The notes beneath the pieces were generated by a model that was not told where the DNA came from, did not search any database, and saw only the letters and a list, made by a program, of their open reading frames with translations. This document shows positions 63,951 through 64,000 of a stretch of 64,000 bases of DNA, piece after piece. Origin of the DNA: Eledone cirrhosa (lineage: Eukaryota); contig OZ024742.1 of assembly GCA_964016885.1 (NCBI GenBank), positions 311,550,001 to 311,614,000 of the forward strand. The letters run 5' to 3'. How positions within the stretch are numbered: position 1 is the stretch's first letter; each line of letters begins with the position of its first letter. The translations under genes and the position numbers were made by a program.

Positions 63951-64000
<50 letters not shown>

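Overview
AT-rich, repeat-dense animal genomic DNA. The SINE families (OK/Nin-type and OR/CORE-type) point to an octopod cephalopod, which is an inference. Two host genes lie on the + strand: the last three exons of a GH27 alpha-N-acetylgalactosaminidase/alpha-galactosidase (2816-14381) and a complete three-exon mitochondrial ribosomal protein L27 gene (26392-39196), whose second intron holds a 7.2-kb satellite of 27-bp units with a 1180-bp higher-order duplication. The rest is mostly mobile DNA: a defective full-length Gypsy element (LTRs, TGTG TSD, tRNA-Trp-like PBS, -1 frameshift signal), a 5'-truncated RTE LINE nested in a Penelope remnant, a tandemly duplicated R4/Dong-like LINE, a young Penelope-like element bracketed by ~0.95-kb inverted repeats, and many SINEs, Helitron-like elements and MITEs. 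The most interesting unexplained signals are three hammerhead-ribozyme-like motifs with different architectures (canonical minimal, long stem II, variant core), a GC-rich ~380-bp fold-back hairpin upstream of MRPL27, several large inverted duplications, and one satellite core found at three loci. No clearly new protein-coding system was identified. Coordinates of degenerate repeats are approximate and were read by eye.
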